Assembly (NCBI RefSeq): GCF_001194135.2
Contig: NC_069002.1
Span: 35,327,776-35,369,720 of the forward strand
Reading direction: 5' to 3'
Origin: Octopus bimaculoides
Lineage: Eukaryota
DNA length: 41,945 nt
This document shows positions 1 to 11,257 of this stretch, one piece after another. A program made the translations under genes and the position numbers. Position 1 is the stretch's first letter; every line of letters starts with the position of its first letter. The notes beneath the pieces are model-generated. The model made no database searches and was not told where the DNA came from. It saw nothing but the letters and a program-made list of their open reading frames with translations.

Positions 1-1118
1 TATATGCACATATATGCATGTATTTATGTATTCATAAATATTTATATAATTATTTGTGTTTTTATCTTATGTATGCGTGCGTATATACATTAATCATGAA
101 AATATGTAATATAATGTACAAAATTCCTAAACATACATTTTTAAGTATCATTCAATAATTATTAGAATTGTATTATACTTTGAAAATGTTACATGAAATG
201 TTACATGGATTTAAACTTTCTTCGTCGCGGACGGAAGGAAACACTCGGAAATCGAGATTTGAGTCTTAACATATAAAAATGTTAATGAAAACGGGTTGTC
301 CCCTCTGGTTCAGAGGAGAAAACAACCCTTATAGACCAGAACAAGCCTAATAAGCAAACAGATTTTCCAGTAAGTAGAGAAAGAGAGAGAGAGAGAGAAC
401 CATGAACCATACAATTGGTATCCAGCTTATGCGCGTTTCTGATAGATTGGCAAACAGCAAGATCTTGCGATGCAGTTCTCAAGCGTAATCGATTCGGTAT
501 TTACTGAAGAACTATGATCCTTGAAAATATAGTAATTTAACAAGATTCTCTATTTATCAAAGCAACACAACACTTCTTGAAACAGACATCTTAAGGAGGT
601 AGATAGTAGTAAATCTGACAGTATTTAACTCATATAATGTGTAGGGCAGTATTCCAGCAGGCCTTTTTTAGAATCTATATGCTTATGTTTCTCAAAACTA
701 CACCTTATATTGAAGAATAGTTGCAAAAATATTCTTACTCCATTTAGTCTGTTATTGCCCAATTCAAATAATAAGAGGAGGTGTGTAGAAACAAATTGTT
801 TGATAGACATATTATTTAGGTCACTGTGAAAATTCAATTTGATCAAATATAACTGTAAATATACAATATCAGTTGAAGAAGACAGGTTGAGTTAATGAGA
901 TTTGTAAAGGAAAATAATCAATGTATTATTCACTATGTATTACTTGTCTTACTGAACATATATATTTACGATTGAAATAATGATATGACTCAGATAAAAT
1001 AAATGTAAAATATTAAAAAATAATTTTAGAATAATAATTTAACAAATTATATAATCATTTTTAAAATTATTAAACAATATCATTACAGAATTTAACAAAA
1101 ATTAAGTATTAATTATCT

Positions 1119-1220
1119 TTATATTATAGACATAATCCCTGAAAATTGGTGGGAAGAGGTGAAGCGATTATATCGACTCAAGAACTCAACTGGTCCTTAG
1201 TTTATCGACCTTGGAAGAAT
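1119..1220 (-). mobile_element. SINE family A, 3' half
   Basis: Reverse complement reads aaggtcgataaactaaggaccagttgagttcttgagtcgatataatcgc, matching the body of better copies (e.g. 17812-17968). Confidence 0.75.
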
Positions 1221-1340
1221 TTCAGCAGCATTTGAGTTCCGGACATACAGACGACAAAATTCCACTATGTATTTTGCCCGGCGTAATAACTATGATGATG
1301 ATGATGATGATGATAATGATAATGATAAGAGACAGAGAGG

Positions 1341-1421
1341 GAGGGAGAGAGAGAAATGGAGAGATGGGAGGGAGAGAGAGAAATGGAGAGATGGGAGGGA
1401 GAGAGAGAAATGGAGAGATGG
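1341..1421. repeat. Purine-rich minisatellite, 3 x 27 bp
   Basis: Three perfect units of gagggagagagagaaatggagagatgg, preceded by (GAT)n at ~1292-1328. Confidence 0.95.
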
Positions 1422-1548
1422 GAGGGAGGGGCAATTGAATAGACGGAAGAAATTTCTTGCTCACAACGATCGTTTCGACACATTCTGCTTTGCTCCTTCA
1501 GTTCATGGTACGGTGCAGAAGCGTCTCAACAGGTGTTGAAATAATGTT

Positions 1549-1695
1549 TACGCTCGAATTCCATCAAGGTCGAATTTGCCTTTCACCCTTTCAGAGTCGA
1601 TAAATTAAGTACCAATTGCGTACTGGGGTAGATCTCATCGACTGACCACCCTCCCCGGAAATGTTGGGCCTTGTACTTCGAGGAAAAAATAATAA
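1549..1695 (+). mobile_element. SINE family A, 5'-truncated
   Basis: aaggtcgaatttgcctttcaccctttcagagtcgataaattaagtacc...tactggggtagatctcatcgact...gggccttgt matches the other copies. Confidence 0.85.
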
Positions 1696-1857
1696 TGTAT
1701 CTCGTTACGTAAGTAAAGTTTCGTTCGTTCAGACTGACAGAGCATCTTGTTAGTGGTTCTTCTCAAAGAATTTAAGCTACCATTACTAACAACATGCTTT
1801 AATGAATCTGAAAGAGCGAAAAGAATATTTATGAGAATATTTATTATTATTATTTAT

Positions 1858-1923
1858 GGGAATCGAAACTGCGATCCTCCGACCGCGAGACCGCTGCCCT
1901 AACCACTGGGCCATTGCACCTCC
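1858..1923 (-). mobile_element. Isolated tRNA-derived SINE head
   Basis: Reverse complement ggtgcaatggcccagtggttagggcagcggtctcgcggtcggaggatcgcagtttcgattccc has A-box and B-box-like motifs; it ends after the B-box in an ATT-type tract, with no acceptor stem. Confidence 0.7.
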
Positions 1924-2259
1924 ACACATACATATATAGCTTGCAACTAACAATCCAAAATAAGAAACACTGAAAATGAAAATTAACATAATGGTAATGA
2001 GTGTGATGTTGTATGGAAGTGATTGGAAAGAGAACGGCAAAACGAAGTTGAAGAGATATCTGCTTGTTTCTAAGTAGATTTGCTAGCGTTGTGTGTACAC
2101 AAAGAAATGCAGCGGTACAGAGCATGCATATATACACATGATGGCATAAAGTCACACATATTTAGAGAGGATTTGTATCTTGACATACCTTAAAGCAGAT
2201 GTGCATAAGCACGAATATTTCAATGTCTGTGAAAATAGATATGAATATCTATTCTCATA

Positions 2260-2296
<37 letters not shown>

Positions 2297-3210
2297 TGTG
2301 CGTGTGTGTTTGTGCGTGCGTATACAAACATATATACATACGCACAGAAGTACATAAACTTGCTAACATATAAGCATACTCAGGTTTTCTCCAGTATAAT
2401 TAGAGATTAAATACCTCCGATAATATATATGCATATACCTACGTGTGTGTGTGTGTTTGTGTGTGTGGAAAAATTGCTTACGTATTTGTCTACACATATA
2501 TTCGGGTAGATAACCGTAAGCACCAGTAAATTAATATTTTCGTTAGTACACTAAAATAAAACGTTATGCTTTTTCAAATACCCAAGTTTATTGCCGTAAG
2601 CCTATGCTAAGCAATCTTTTAATCAGTATATAAGTGTTAGTTGTATAGAAAATTTATTTCCCTTGGCGGTAGTTAAACAGAAAAAAATATCAGTTAGCTA
2701 ACAGATCCATGGAAACATTTATCATCTAAGCGGCTATAGTTTTAGTTTCGTGACAACTTCACTAACACCTCTTTTACATGAAATCCTCTCAGAACGTAAA
2801 TATAATTTTATCCTTCAAACTTGTTGCACTGTGAAAGAATAATGGCATTATAAAGCCAACACTTGTCGTTCGAGTAACTTTAACTGCAAAATTATTTCTA
2901 AAATTTCACTTATATTCAATAAAGCGAATATAGATGCTTACTCCGTTCCCGGACGAACTGTCCAACTTTAAACGCAAATTGTTAACCCTTACCAAAACAG
3001 GTAATTGCCACCGAGGAGAATTACCAGATCATTCGGATAATCTCGGTAATCTAAAAGGGTAGGATTATGAAATTTCCTGGTCCCATGACAAAAGCACGTA
3101 GAAAGGCCAATCAAAGAATATTATATGAAATATCTACGTATCTCTCTATCTATCTACCTACCTACTTACCTCCCCACATACTTGACTATTTGTCTATCTA
3201 TCTTGCTATT

Positions 3211-3576
3211 TATCTATCTATCTATCTATCTATCTATCGATATGCAAATGTATCTACTCTGCCCACTGTTACTAGAAGGGATATGGGGCAGAATCATCAA
3301 GTACCTTCTGCACAGGTTCCTATCAGACACAAACTGTATGAAATTTGCGGGTTGGATTACTAAGCGTAACCAACAGAGACTAAAAGTATTTTCAAACCAA
3401 CTCTTTCTTGGTCTACCCGTAGGTCAAATGTCTGTTATCTCGATTGAAGAATCCGCCTGTCGTGCAGTTCTTTCCTGCGACATTCTACTAACATGTCCGC
3501 AGTACAGGAGTTATGACCCCTTAGTACGGAGAAGCAGCGGCTCATCCAGGAGAGGCTCTGCGCGGACGTTAAGCTC
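3211..3576 (-). mobile_element. RTE-clade LINE (Expander/Rex3-like), decayed 3' end with (ATAG)n tail
   Basis: One minus frame gives EPLLLRTKGS*LLYCGHVSRMSQERTARQ...*PTGRPRKSWFENTFSLCWLRLVIQP...VSDRNLCRRYLMILP. This matches the RTE C-terminal motifs EPLLLRIERSQLRWFGHVxRM and RPxGRPRxRW, with two in-frame stops and a microsatellite tail (tail-like sequence extends to ~3130). Confidence 0.85.
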
Positions 3577-4609
3577 ATATATACATATCCTTCAGCAATG
3601 CTTTCTTAATCTAAGGTGATGGTTGGTTGGTTGCATCACGTTTTACTGACATTTACAAATTCTCGAGAAAAGAATGTGTAAAGATCTGGCACGTAATATT
3701 GCAGTTAATGTTAATTTAGATGTAGTCATTATCTTCGCTGGTACACTAAACTTGAATAATAAATACTACCCGACCAGAACAGCCTACGTAACCCTTAAAT
3801 ACATTCTCAAATATTCCAATTTCTCTGAGAAATATGAAACATTTAGTTTGGAAAATATCCCAGGGATTTTAAATATTTCAACCAATGTGCGATTTTTTTC
3901 GAATTCACTCGAAACATTACATTGCGGCCCAAAGTATGAATTCTGTTAAAGGTATACGATTAGAAAATGGTAATAGTATTAGGAACACTGGGAATAATAT
4001 AAACATTTCTAGGGGAATGTTCGACCTTAAACTTGGAAGCCTACACGGCTATAACGACGGGCTCTTTCTCTTATACCAGGAAGCACTTCCACATACAATA
4101 GTGATAATGTGTAATACTATTGAGGCCAAATTTTATTCGACCACATTTAAATTCCAACAACGATGAAAGCAAATTAGCACGATGTAATATGGTTAACAAT
4201 ATTAGTAGCAAATGTTAATCGCATTTGTCTTATCTCTACGTAAATTTACACTTACTATAACAATAACAACAACTACAATAACAACAATTAAATTAGAAGT
4301 ATAAGCAATAATAACATTAGTTATGGCGCGGATAATAATTATGACACCAATGATATTATCAAACGTATTAACAATGAAAATGATAATTATTATTTCATGT
4401 ATTGGCCACTAGGGCCGACATATAGGGGACGATGCAGTAGACGTGAACGGTGGCGATTATACACAAAACAATTAGTACACAATTAAAATAACAATAGTAA
4501 TATCAAACAAGAAGAATATAACAATGAAAGTTCCCCAATAGTGGGGTAACCAGCTGGAGTTAGCTCAGGTACCCCACCAATCCTGAATCATTCGACGTTT
4601 CAATATCTA

Positions 4610-4951
4610 TTAAAACCTTTCTTTTCGTCTCTGTTGAGATGCATCTGAAAAGCACCGCTTTTTCTCCACTGCTTCAACTGCCTCCGACGGAACAGTTAAG
4701 TTTGCCCATGTGCCGTCTTGCTCAATCAGTTTCCATGCTTGGGTCAACATTTCATCTTTATTCGTGAGGTTCGCAGTAAAGCGTTGCTTCTTTTTCACTG
4801 CTGCTGCCGCGAAGTGCTCTTGTTGGTAACGTTCTTGTTGTGTTGTTGTTGTTGCTGCTGCTGCTGCCGTTGTTATTTTTGTCGTTGTTCTTGTCGATGT
4901 TGGTTTTGTCGTTGCTGCTGCTGTTGTCATATTTGCTATCGTTGTTGCCAT
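4610..4951 (-). CDS. Candidate short ORF or coding remnant with Myb/SANT-like spacing; N-terminal part derives from a CAA/CAG-type repeat
   Basis: The non-repetitive part 4610-4830 is GC-richer and stop-free: KKKQRFTANLTNKDEMLTQAWKLIEQDGTWANLTVPSEAVEAVEKKRCFSDASQQRRK. Similarity to Myb/SANT-like domains is by eye only. Confidence 0.3.
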   Translation of the reverse strand: MATTIANMTTAAATTKPTSTRTTTKITTAAAAATTTTQQERYQQEHFAAAAVKKKQRFTANLTNKDEMLTQAWKLIEQDGTWANLTVPSEAVEAVEKKRCFSDASQQRRKERF

Positions 4952-5000
4952 CGCTACTGCCTCTGCTGTTGCTGTCTCTTTCGTTGCTGTTGTTGCTACC
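4835..5000. repeat. Degenerate (GTT/GCT)n trinucleotide tract
   Basis: Directly visible. Confidence 0.9.
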
Positions 5001-5488
5001 ACTACTACTTACCACACACCAACGTTGTATATATATATACAAAATTTGCATCTAAGTTCATTCCAAAAGCAGCTTAGGACAGGAATACACTTTGAAATAT
5101 TAGGTCACTTAAAATCATACGAAAGCCAAATCGTCTGATTGGTTAAAATTTTTCTATGAATAAGCACGATCAATCACTGAACAGCTAAGCTGCAAGCTGG
5201 TTGGTTAAAGTGGTGCTGGTAAGTTTCAGCCTCATGGAGCGTATCGGAAGGTATTTAAAAGGTAACAACCAGTCATTTAACAACACATGTCAATTGGGAT
5301 GCGCACTATCTGTTATGAATTCTGCTATCTGAAGATTGTGGTAAAAAAAAAAAAAAAACAAATTGAAACTAGCTCTAATGTTACAATATGTAATATTGCA
5401 AATTAGTAAAAATACAAAAACTTGTGAACATCGGTGTGTGTTGAAATGTATTTCACTCATAGTGATGCACATGCGTATGCGAAAGCCC

Positions 5489-5544
<56 letters not shown>

Positions 5545-6674
5545 ACATGCATTTATATGTGTGTGTGTATTTAGATAGATTGATAAATAGGTACGCATAT
5601 AGTTAGAGAGATACATTCACGTAAGAGTATGTTTGCACGTTTACGTGTGTCAATATGTGCTCTTGCGCGCGCGCGTGCGTGTGTATGTGTGTGTTTGTGT
5701 GTTTGTGTGTGTGTGTGTGCGTGTGTAAATTGGATGTGATGCGGAAAGGGAGATGGAATGCCTGAAAGGGAGGGAGCGAGGGACCGAGTCTTCCAGTTCG
5801 TATCAATTAGAGATAATTTAATTAGTAACATTGTAGTGAAATAACGCGTTCGTTTCTGTCAATCACAGAGCACTAATTCCTCGTTTTGTTGTTCTGCATG
5901 TGCAACTGTTCTGTGATGGTCGCAATGGTCGTGATGATGATGATGATGATGACGATGAGGTTTGCTACGTATTCTCTTTCTTTTGCTCGTTATCTTTAGA
6001 ATGATGACATGATGGGATTGATTGAAGGATGGTTGAATGGGTAACGGAGGTGAGAAGGACAAAGATGAAGAACAAGAGAACGAGGAGAAGGAGTGCGATG
6101 AAGATGATGATAAAAGTGTGCAGGGCCTGATAATATAAAGACGAAAATGGATAAAGGGTAAGAGGGGCGGATTAAAGGATAGACGAAGAGGCAGACAAAG
6201 GGAGGAGTAGATTAATCAGATGACTTAAGACGATAAGATAAAGAGGAAGATGCTAATGAAAAAAGAATCTTATGATAATGGGATAGATGATTGCCGTGAT
6301 TGTGTTGTTCTCTCTCAAACTGTCTACTAATTATTGTTTAGTTGTTTTTTTTTTATTCAATATTTCGCAGCAATGTATTAATAAATTGGATGTTTCCGGA
6401 CCTGATTTTACGCAAAGGTGTAAAAGTGGGGAGTGAGAAAGGGAGCGAGTAAGAGAGGAAGAAATATACTAAAATGCGTATAGTACGTATGTATACATAT
6501 ATATTTATAATAATATATAAGATTATGAAACACTTGTAAGCGAATGCAATAAATGTCTATTCTCTCACCTGACCATTCATCTGCTTTCAATATATATATA
6601 TATATNNNNNNNNNNNNNNNNNNNNNNNNNNNNNNNNNNNNTGTATGTATGTATAGGTGTGTAAATAGACAGAC

Positions 6675-6675
<1 letters not shown>

Positions 6676-6751
<76 letters not shown>
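6676..6751. repeat. (GATA)n microsatellite
   Basis: Directly visible. Confidence 0.95.
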
Positions 6752-6753
<2 letters not shown>

Positions 6754-7162
6754 AAGATATTGGCTTGAGAGAGAAGCACGAATAGTGAGATACGAATCCT
6801 TCAGAGATGTCTTTTTCTTTTTGCTTTTTGCTTATTCAGAAATTGCAAATTTCAGTAAAATCATTTATGATCTGAATAATTTTCTTCATCGAAAAGGATA
6901 TGAATCTTTTGTTTTCGTTTATTTCCCTTAAGTATTGAGACACATACCTTCGTACACATGCACACGGTAATATTTACACACATTTGGGGGCGAGGAAACT
7001 TGTGTTATATGTGTGTGTAGATTTGTTTGTTAGCGTGTGAGAATCAGTGAATATCTTTCATTATTTCTGATTCTAAATCTATAAGTTATTTTTTGTATAT
7101 GTATATCTCGATACGATATATATATATATATATATGTATTTGCGTATTCGCTTTCTTCCACC

Positions 7163-7164
<2 letters not shown>

Positions 7165-7232
<68 letters not shown>
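7165..7232. repeat. (TC)n microsatellite
   Basis: Directly visible. Confidence 0.95.
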
Positions 7233-7233
<1 letters not shown>

Positions 7234-7893
7234 AACTAACACTCACATACGTATACAAAACTGTACACATTCATGGCATATGTGAAGGTTTATACGTAAT
7301 ACACACGTACAAACATGCATACATAGGTACCTACATGCACACACGCACACACACACACACACACTCACACACACACATAAATGGGAGAGCTGACTGTATA
7401 GTTATAATTATATTATATTAAAACATATATATATATATATACACTAATATACTAGAGTATATTGTATACATATATTTTACAGATATATACTATAAATATA
7501 TGTGTGTGTGTGTACGATGTACGTACACGCGCACACACGAGCACAATCACCCCCACCCACCGCTCAGACACACTCCTATTCCTGTATGAGTCTGAATGTA
7601 ACAGTATTTGAGAAAAAAAAACACTTACGTAAATATGTAAACAAACAAAACAACAATTTCTTATCTTGCTTATTTGGTTGGCTAAAAATGATATCAATAT
7701 AATTTATCAACTTGTCAGAATGTCACTCAGCAATAAAAAAACCCTGGCCCACCTCTCTTCGTCTCTCTTGTTTACTGTTCTATGTCTCTGATTTTTACTA
7801 TTATTTCGTTCATTTTTTTCTCACTTTTACTCATGTTTTTTTATGCGTTTAGTTCGTTTTTTACTTATTGTGGTTATTGTTTCTTTTGTTGCT

Positions 7894-7897
<4 letters not shown>

Positions 7898-7967
<70 letters not shown>

Positions 7968-7986
7968 CATTATTATTATTATTATC

Positions 7987-8020
<34 letters not shown>

Positions 8021-8058
8021 TTATTATTATTATTATTATTATTATCATCATCATCATC
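7898..8058. repeat. (ATT)n tract with an internal inverted (AAT)n block
   Basis: (ATT)n, then atcat(aat)n aatgat, then (ATT)n and (ATC)n. Confidence 0.95.
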
Positions 8059-8679
8059 GTTATCATTGTTATTATCCTTTGGAGTTTTGATACGGAACTT
8101 CTTTATTTTTTCATTAATATTTTTGAAGTTCGTTTAATGTTATATTTTGTGTATATGTTACTTGGTATATACACTTTTTTTGTTTTGTAGTATTTTTGTT
8201 CTTTTTGATGTCGTTTCTGTGTTATATTTTCGTATTATCTGTTCGTATTAATTCGTTATTTTCTTTGTGCATTGTCTTTTTGATAAAACTTGACAAATTA
8301 TTTCAATGCCCTGCAGACCACCTTGTGATTTCAAGCCACCTTGATTCAGCGGAGATTTAATGGGTTTATACATACATACATACATACACACATACATAAA
8401 TATGTATGTGTGTGTGTCTATGCGTGTTTGTGTGCGATTGTGTGCCTGTTTGTGTATGTGTGTGTTTGTGTAATTGCCGGAAATTATGTATACAACCACT
8501 GATAAGGCTGGAGGACTGTAGATAGCTTTGCCAGAGAATATTATAGAATTATTTAATTCATATATTCACACACATATACACACAAAAGGAACAAACTCAT
8601 ATACGCGCATGCGTACACTGTTGCGTGTGTATTTGCGTGTGTTTGCGTCAGTAAAGATACACACACATAAATCCATATG

Positions 8680-8775
<96 letters not shown>

Positions 8776-9237
8776 NNNNNNNNNNNNNNNNNNNNNNNNN
8801 NNNNNNNNNNNNNNNNNNNNNNNNNNNNNNNNNNNNNNNNNNNNNNNNNNNNNNNNNNNNNNNNNNNNNNNNNNNNNNNNNNNNNNNNNNNNNNNNNNNN
8901 NNNNNNNNNNNNNNNNNNNNNNNNNNNNNNNNNNNNNNNNNNNNNNNNNNNNNNNNNNNNNNNNNNNNNNNNNNNNNNNNNNNNNNNNNNNNNNNNNNNN
9001 NNNNNNNNNNNNNNNNNNNNNNNNNNNNNNNNNNNNNNNNNNNNNNNNNNNNNNNNNNNNNNNNNNNNNNNNNNNNNNNNNNNNNNNNNNNNNNNNNNNN
9101 NNNNNNNNNNNNNNNNNNNNNNNNNNNNNNNNNNNNNNNNNNNNNNNNNNNNNNNNNNNNNNNNNNNNNNNNNNNNNNNNNNNNNNNNNNNNNNNNNNNN
9201 NNNNNNNNNNNNNNNNNNNNNNNNNNNNNNNNNNNNN

Positions 9238-9530
9238 TCGGGCCGACCAAAGCCTTGTCAGTGGATTTGGGAGACGGAAACTGAAAGAAGGCTGTCGTAT
9301 ATATGTATGTATATATATATATATATGTATGTGTGTATGTGTCTGTCTCCCCAACATCGCTTGACAACCGATGCTGGTGTGTTTATATCCTCGTAACTTA
9401 GCGGTTCGGCAATAGAGACCGATAGAATAAGTACTAGGCTTCTAAAGAAAATGTCCTGGGGTCGATTTCCTCGACTAAAGGCGGTGCTCCAGCATGGCCA
9501 CAGTCAATAGACTGAAACAAGTAAAAGAGT
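9238..9530 (+). mobile_element. Composite SINE: 3' part of B + TA/TG microsatellite + module C
   Basis: ggccgaccaaagccttgtcagtggatttgggagacggaaactgaaagaag, then a TA/TG run, then aacatcgcttgacaaccgatgctgg...gaataagtactagg...ctggggtcgatttcctcgactaaaggcggtgctccagcatggccacagtc. The 5' head falls in the N-gap. Confidence 0.9.
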
Positions 9531-9984
9531 ATATATATATATATATATATATATGTCAAAAACATCGTTTATTCTAAATATCAATTTCAACGAACATTGG
9601 AGAGTTGGCTCGGCCTTCTAGCTTTTGTTGCTAAATCTCTATAGATTATACCCTTGTGTTTTGAGAACAAGTTGAAATGCAGATTGGTGTTATAATATGA
9701 ATATAGTGTTAACAATGGCATCTATTCTCACGTTCCTGCAATAGCGTATCCTCCTTTGTTGTTAAATGCCATCCCATTCAGGGGATCATGTCTGCTGGAT
9801 TTTCTTACCGACGTGAAAAAGCCGGAGAGAAGGAGGCAGACAGAAGTAGAAGACTCACGAGGAGTGGAAGGAGAAGAGAAGAGGGTGAGGAGGAGAAGGA
9901 GGAGGAGGAGGAAGAGAAAAGTAGGTTAGGTGGAAAGTAGGTTAGGTGAATCCCATCTAATTTTTTAAAAACCCTTAACCCGAC

Positions 9985-10075
9985 GTAGTAGCAAGATCGG
10001 TAGCACGCCGAACAAAATTCTCGGTTACATCTTCTCTGGCTTTATGTCACCGAAGTCAACTTTCCTTTCCATTGC
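9985..10075 (+). mobile_element. SINE family A, degenerate head with internal deletion
   Basis: gatcggtagcacgccgaacaaaat...tcaccgaagtcaactttcctttcc resembles the family A head and body with the B-box missing. Confidence 0.55.
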
Positions 10076-10360
10076 CTCAATGAGGCGAGGATTACCTGAG
10101 TAAGTGTGCGTACTTTTATTTTGCACCTGTAGTCTGAGGACTGAGGAAGAAAGAGAAGTACTTTCAATTGCGTAGGGTGGCTGGGAATCGGTGGAGTTTC
10201 ATTTTGTTAGAATTCTCTTGTTAATCGTTACTGTTTCTTGTGTGTACGGTTTTATGTAAATTCTCACTGACGTTTAATTTATATTGCTCTACAAAATGTT
10301 GCGGTCCTTATGGCGAAAACCACTTAAACTCATGTTTCAAGTTACCATATTTCTTTCCCT

Positions 10361-10427
<67 letters not shown>
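10361..10427. repeat. (CTA)n(CTG)n compound microsatellite
   Basis: Directly visible. Confidence 0.95.
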
Positions 10428-10432
<5 letters not shown>

Positions 10433-10516
10433 GATTGTTGTAGTGTTATTAAGCTCGTGGACTGGAATAATCTTTTTATGTGGCGGACACAATGATTTGC
10501 TCTTTTAAATGCAATA

Positions 10517-10630
10517 TGCGTTCTGAACAAAATTCTGAACGAGGTCGACTTTACATTTCCTCTATCCGGCGACTATGAATAAACTATTTTTTGTCACGTA
10601 GTAAGATCGAAATAATCAACTTTTTCCCCT
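10517..10630 (+). mobile_element. SINE family A, degenerate
   Basis: gttctgaacaaaattctgaacgaggtcgactttacatttcc matches the B-box and body region. Confidence 0.55.
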
Positions 10631-10739
10631 CCTTTAAAGTAATGGTACTGTCTAACAAACAGCAGTCAATTTACCAATAAAATGCTTTATACAGCCTCGA
10701 AAACCCTGCGTAAATTATTAGTGGACCTGACGCTATGTT

Positions 10740-10825
10740 AAAAGGTGTATGCTAAATGTGCCGCGTGGTGAGATCGAACGTGGAACCGCATGATTTCATG
10801 CAAGTTTCTTAGACATTCAGCTCTC
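10740..10825 (-). mobile_element. SINE B head, degenerate
   Basis: Reverse complement gaaacttgc...catgcggttccacgttcgatctcaccacgcggcacatttagca resembles the B head. Confidence 0.55.
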
Positions 10826-11216
10826 TTTGTGCTCTTTGATGATGATTTTAAAGTAGGAATGTGTACTAAACGTTTCGTTTTAAATATTTTATCAGGACAC
10901 ACTTTTAAATCCTCTTTCAAAGGTTAAATAAATGTCTTAAAAGGTTACAAGAAAGGGCCAAGGTGTATTAGCATATGTAAACGCATGAATGTATATATTT
11001 CTGCGTGTGTCAGGTATAGTGTGCGTGTGTGTGTGCGTGTGTGTGTGTGTGTGCACGCGCGTGCGTACGTGTGTCAGTTTGATTTTTAATTTCAAAGGTT
11101 AGATAAATAAATTTAAAACAGCAAACATATTTTAGAACTTAGTTGAAGTTTTTCTTATTCTCTCTCTCCTTTCCCCTTTCTCTCTCTCTGGTTCTCTCTT
11201 TCTATTTCTCTCTCTC

Positions 11217-11257
<41 letters not shown>

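Noticed and set aside
1341-1421. CRISPR-like array (also considered for 33786-33877)
   Set aside because: Head-to-tail units without unique spacers, eukaryotic context and no cas genes.
2934-3000. Possible exon MLTPFPDELSNFKRKLLTLTKT ending at CAG|GTAATT
   Set aside because: No good acceptor or promoter context and no recognisable homology; expected by chance.
3674-4166. Two overlapping plus ORFs of 91 and 93 aa
   Set aside because: AT-rich, no motif and no splice support.
4541-4553. 13-nt match ccagctggttacc between the 4.5-kb hairpin (reverse strand) and 38969
   Set aside because: No extension on either side and it contains a palindrome; likely coincidence.
4638-4830. Plus-strand WD40-like reading (STASDGTVKF) and minus-frame LIM-like TLYCEPH
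   Set aside because: Fragments too short; better explained as antisense or alternative frames of the minus ORF.
9788-9940. 50-codon Glu/Arg-rich ORF
   Set aside because: Low-complexity purine tract.
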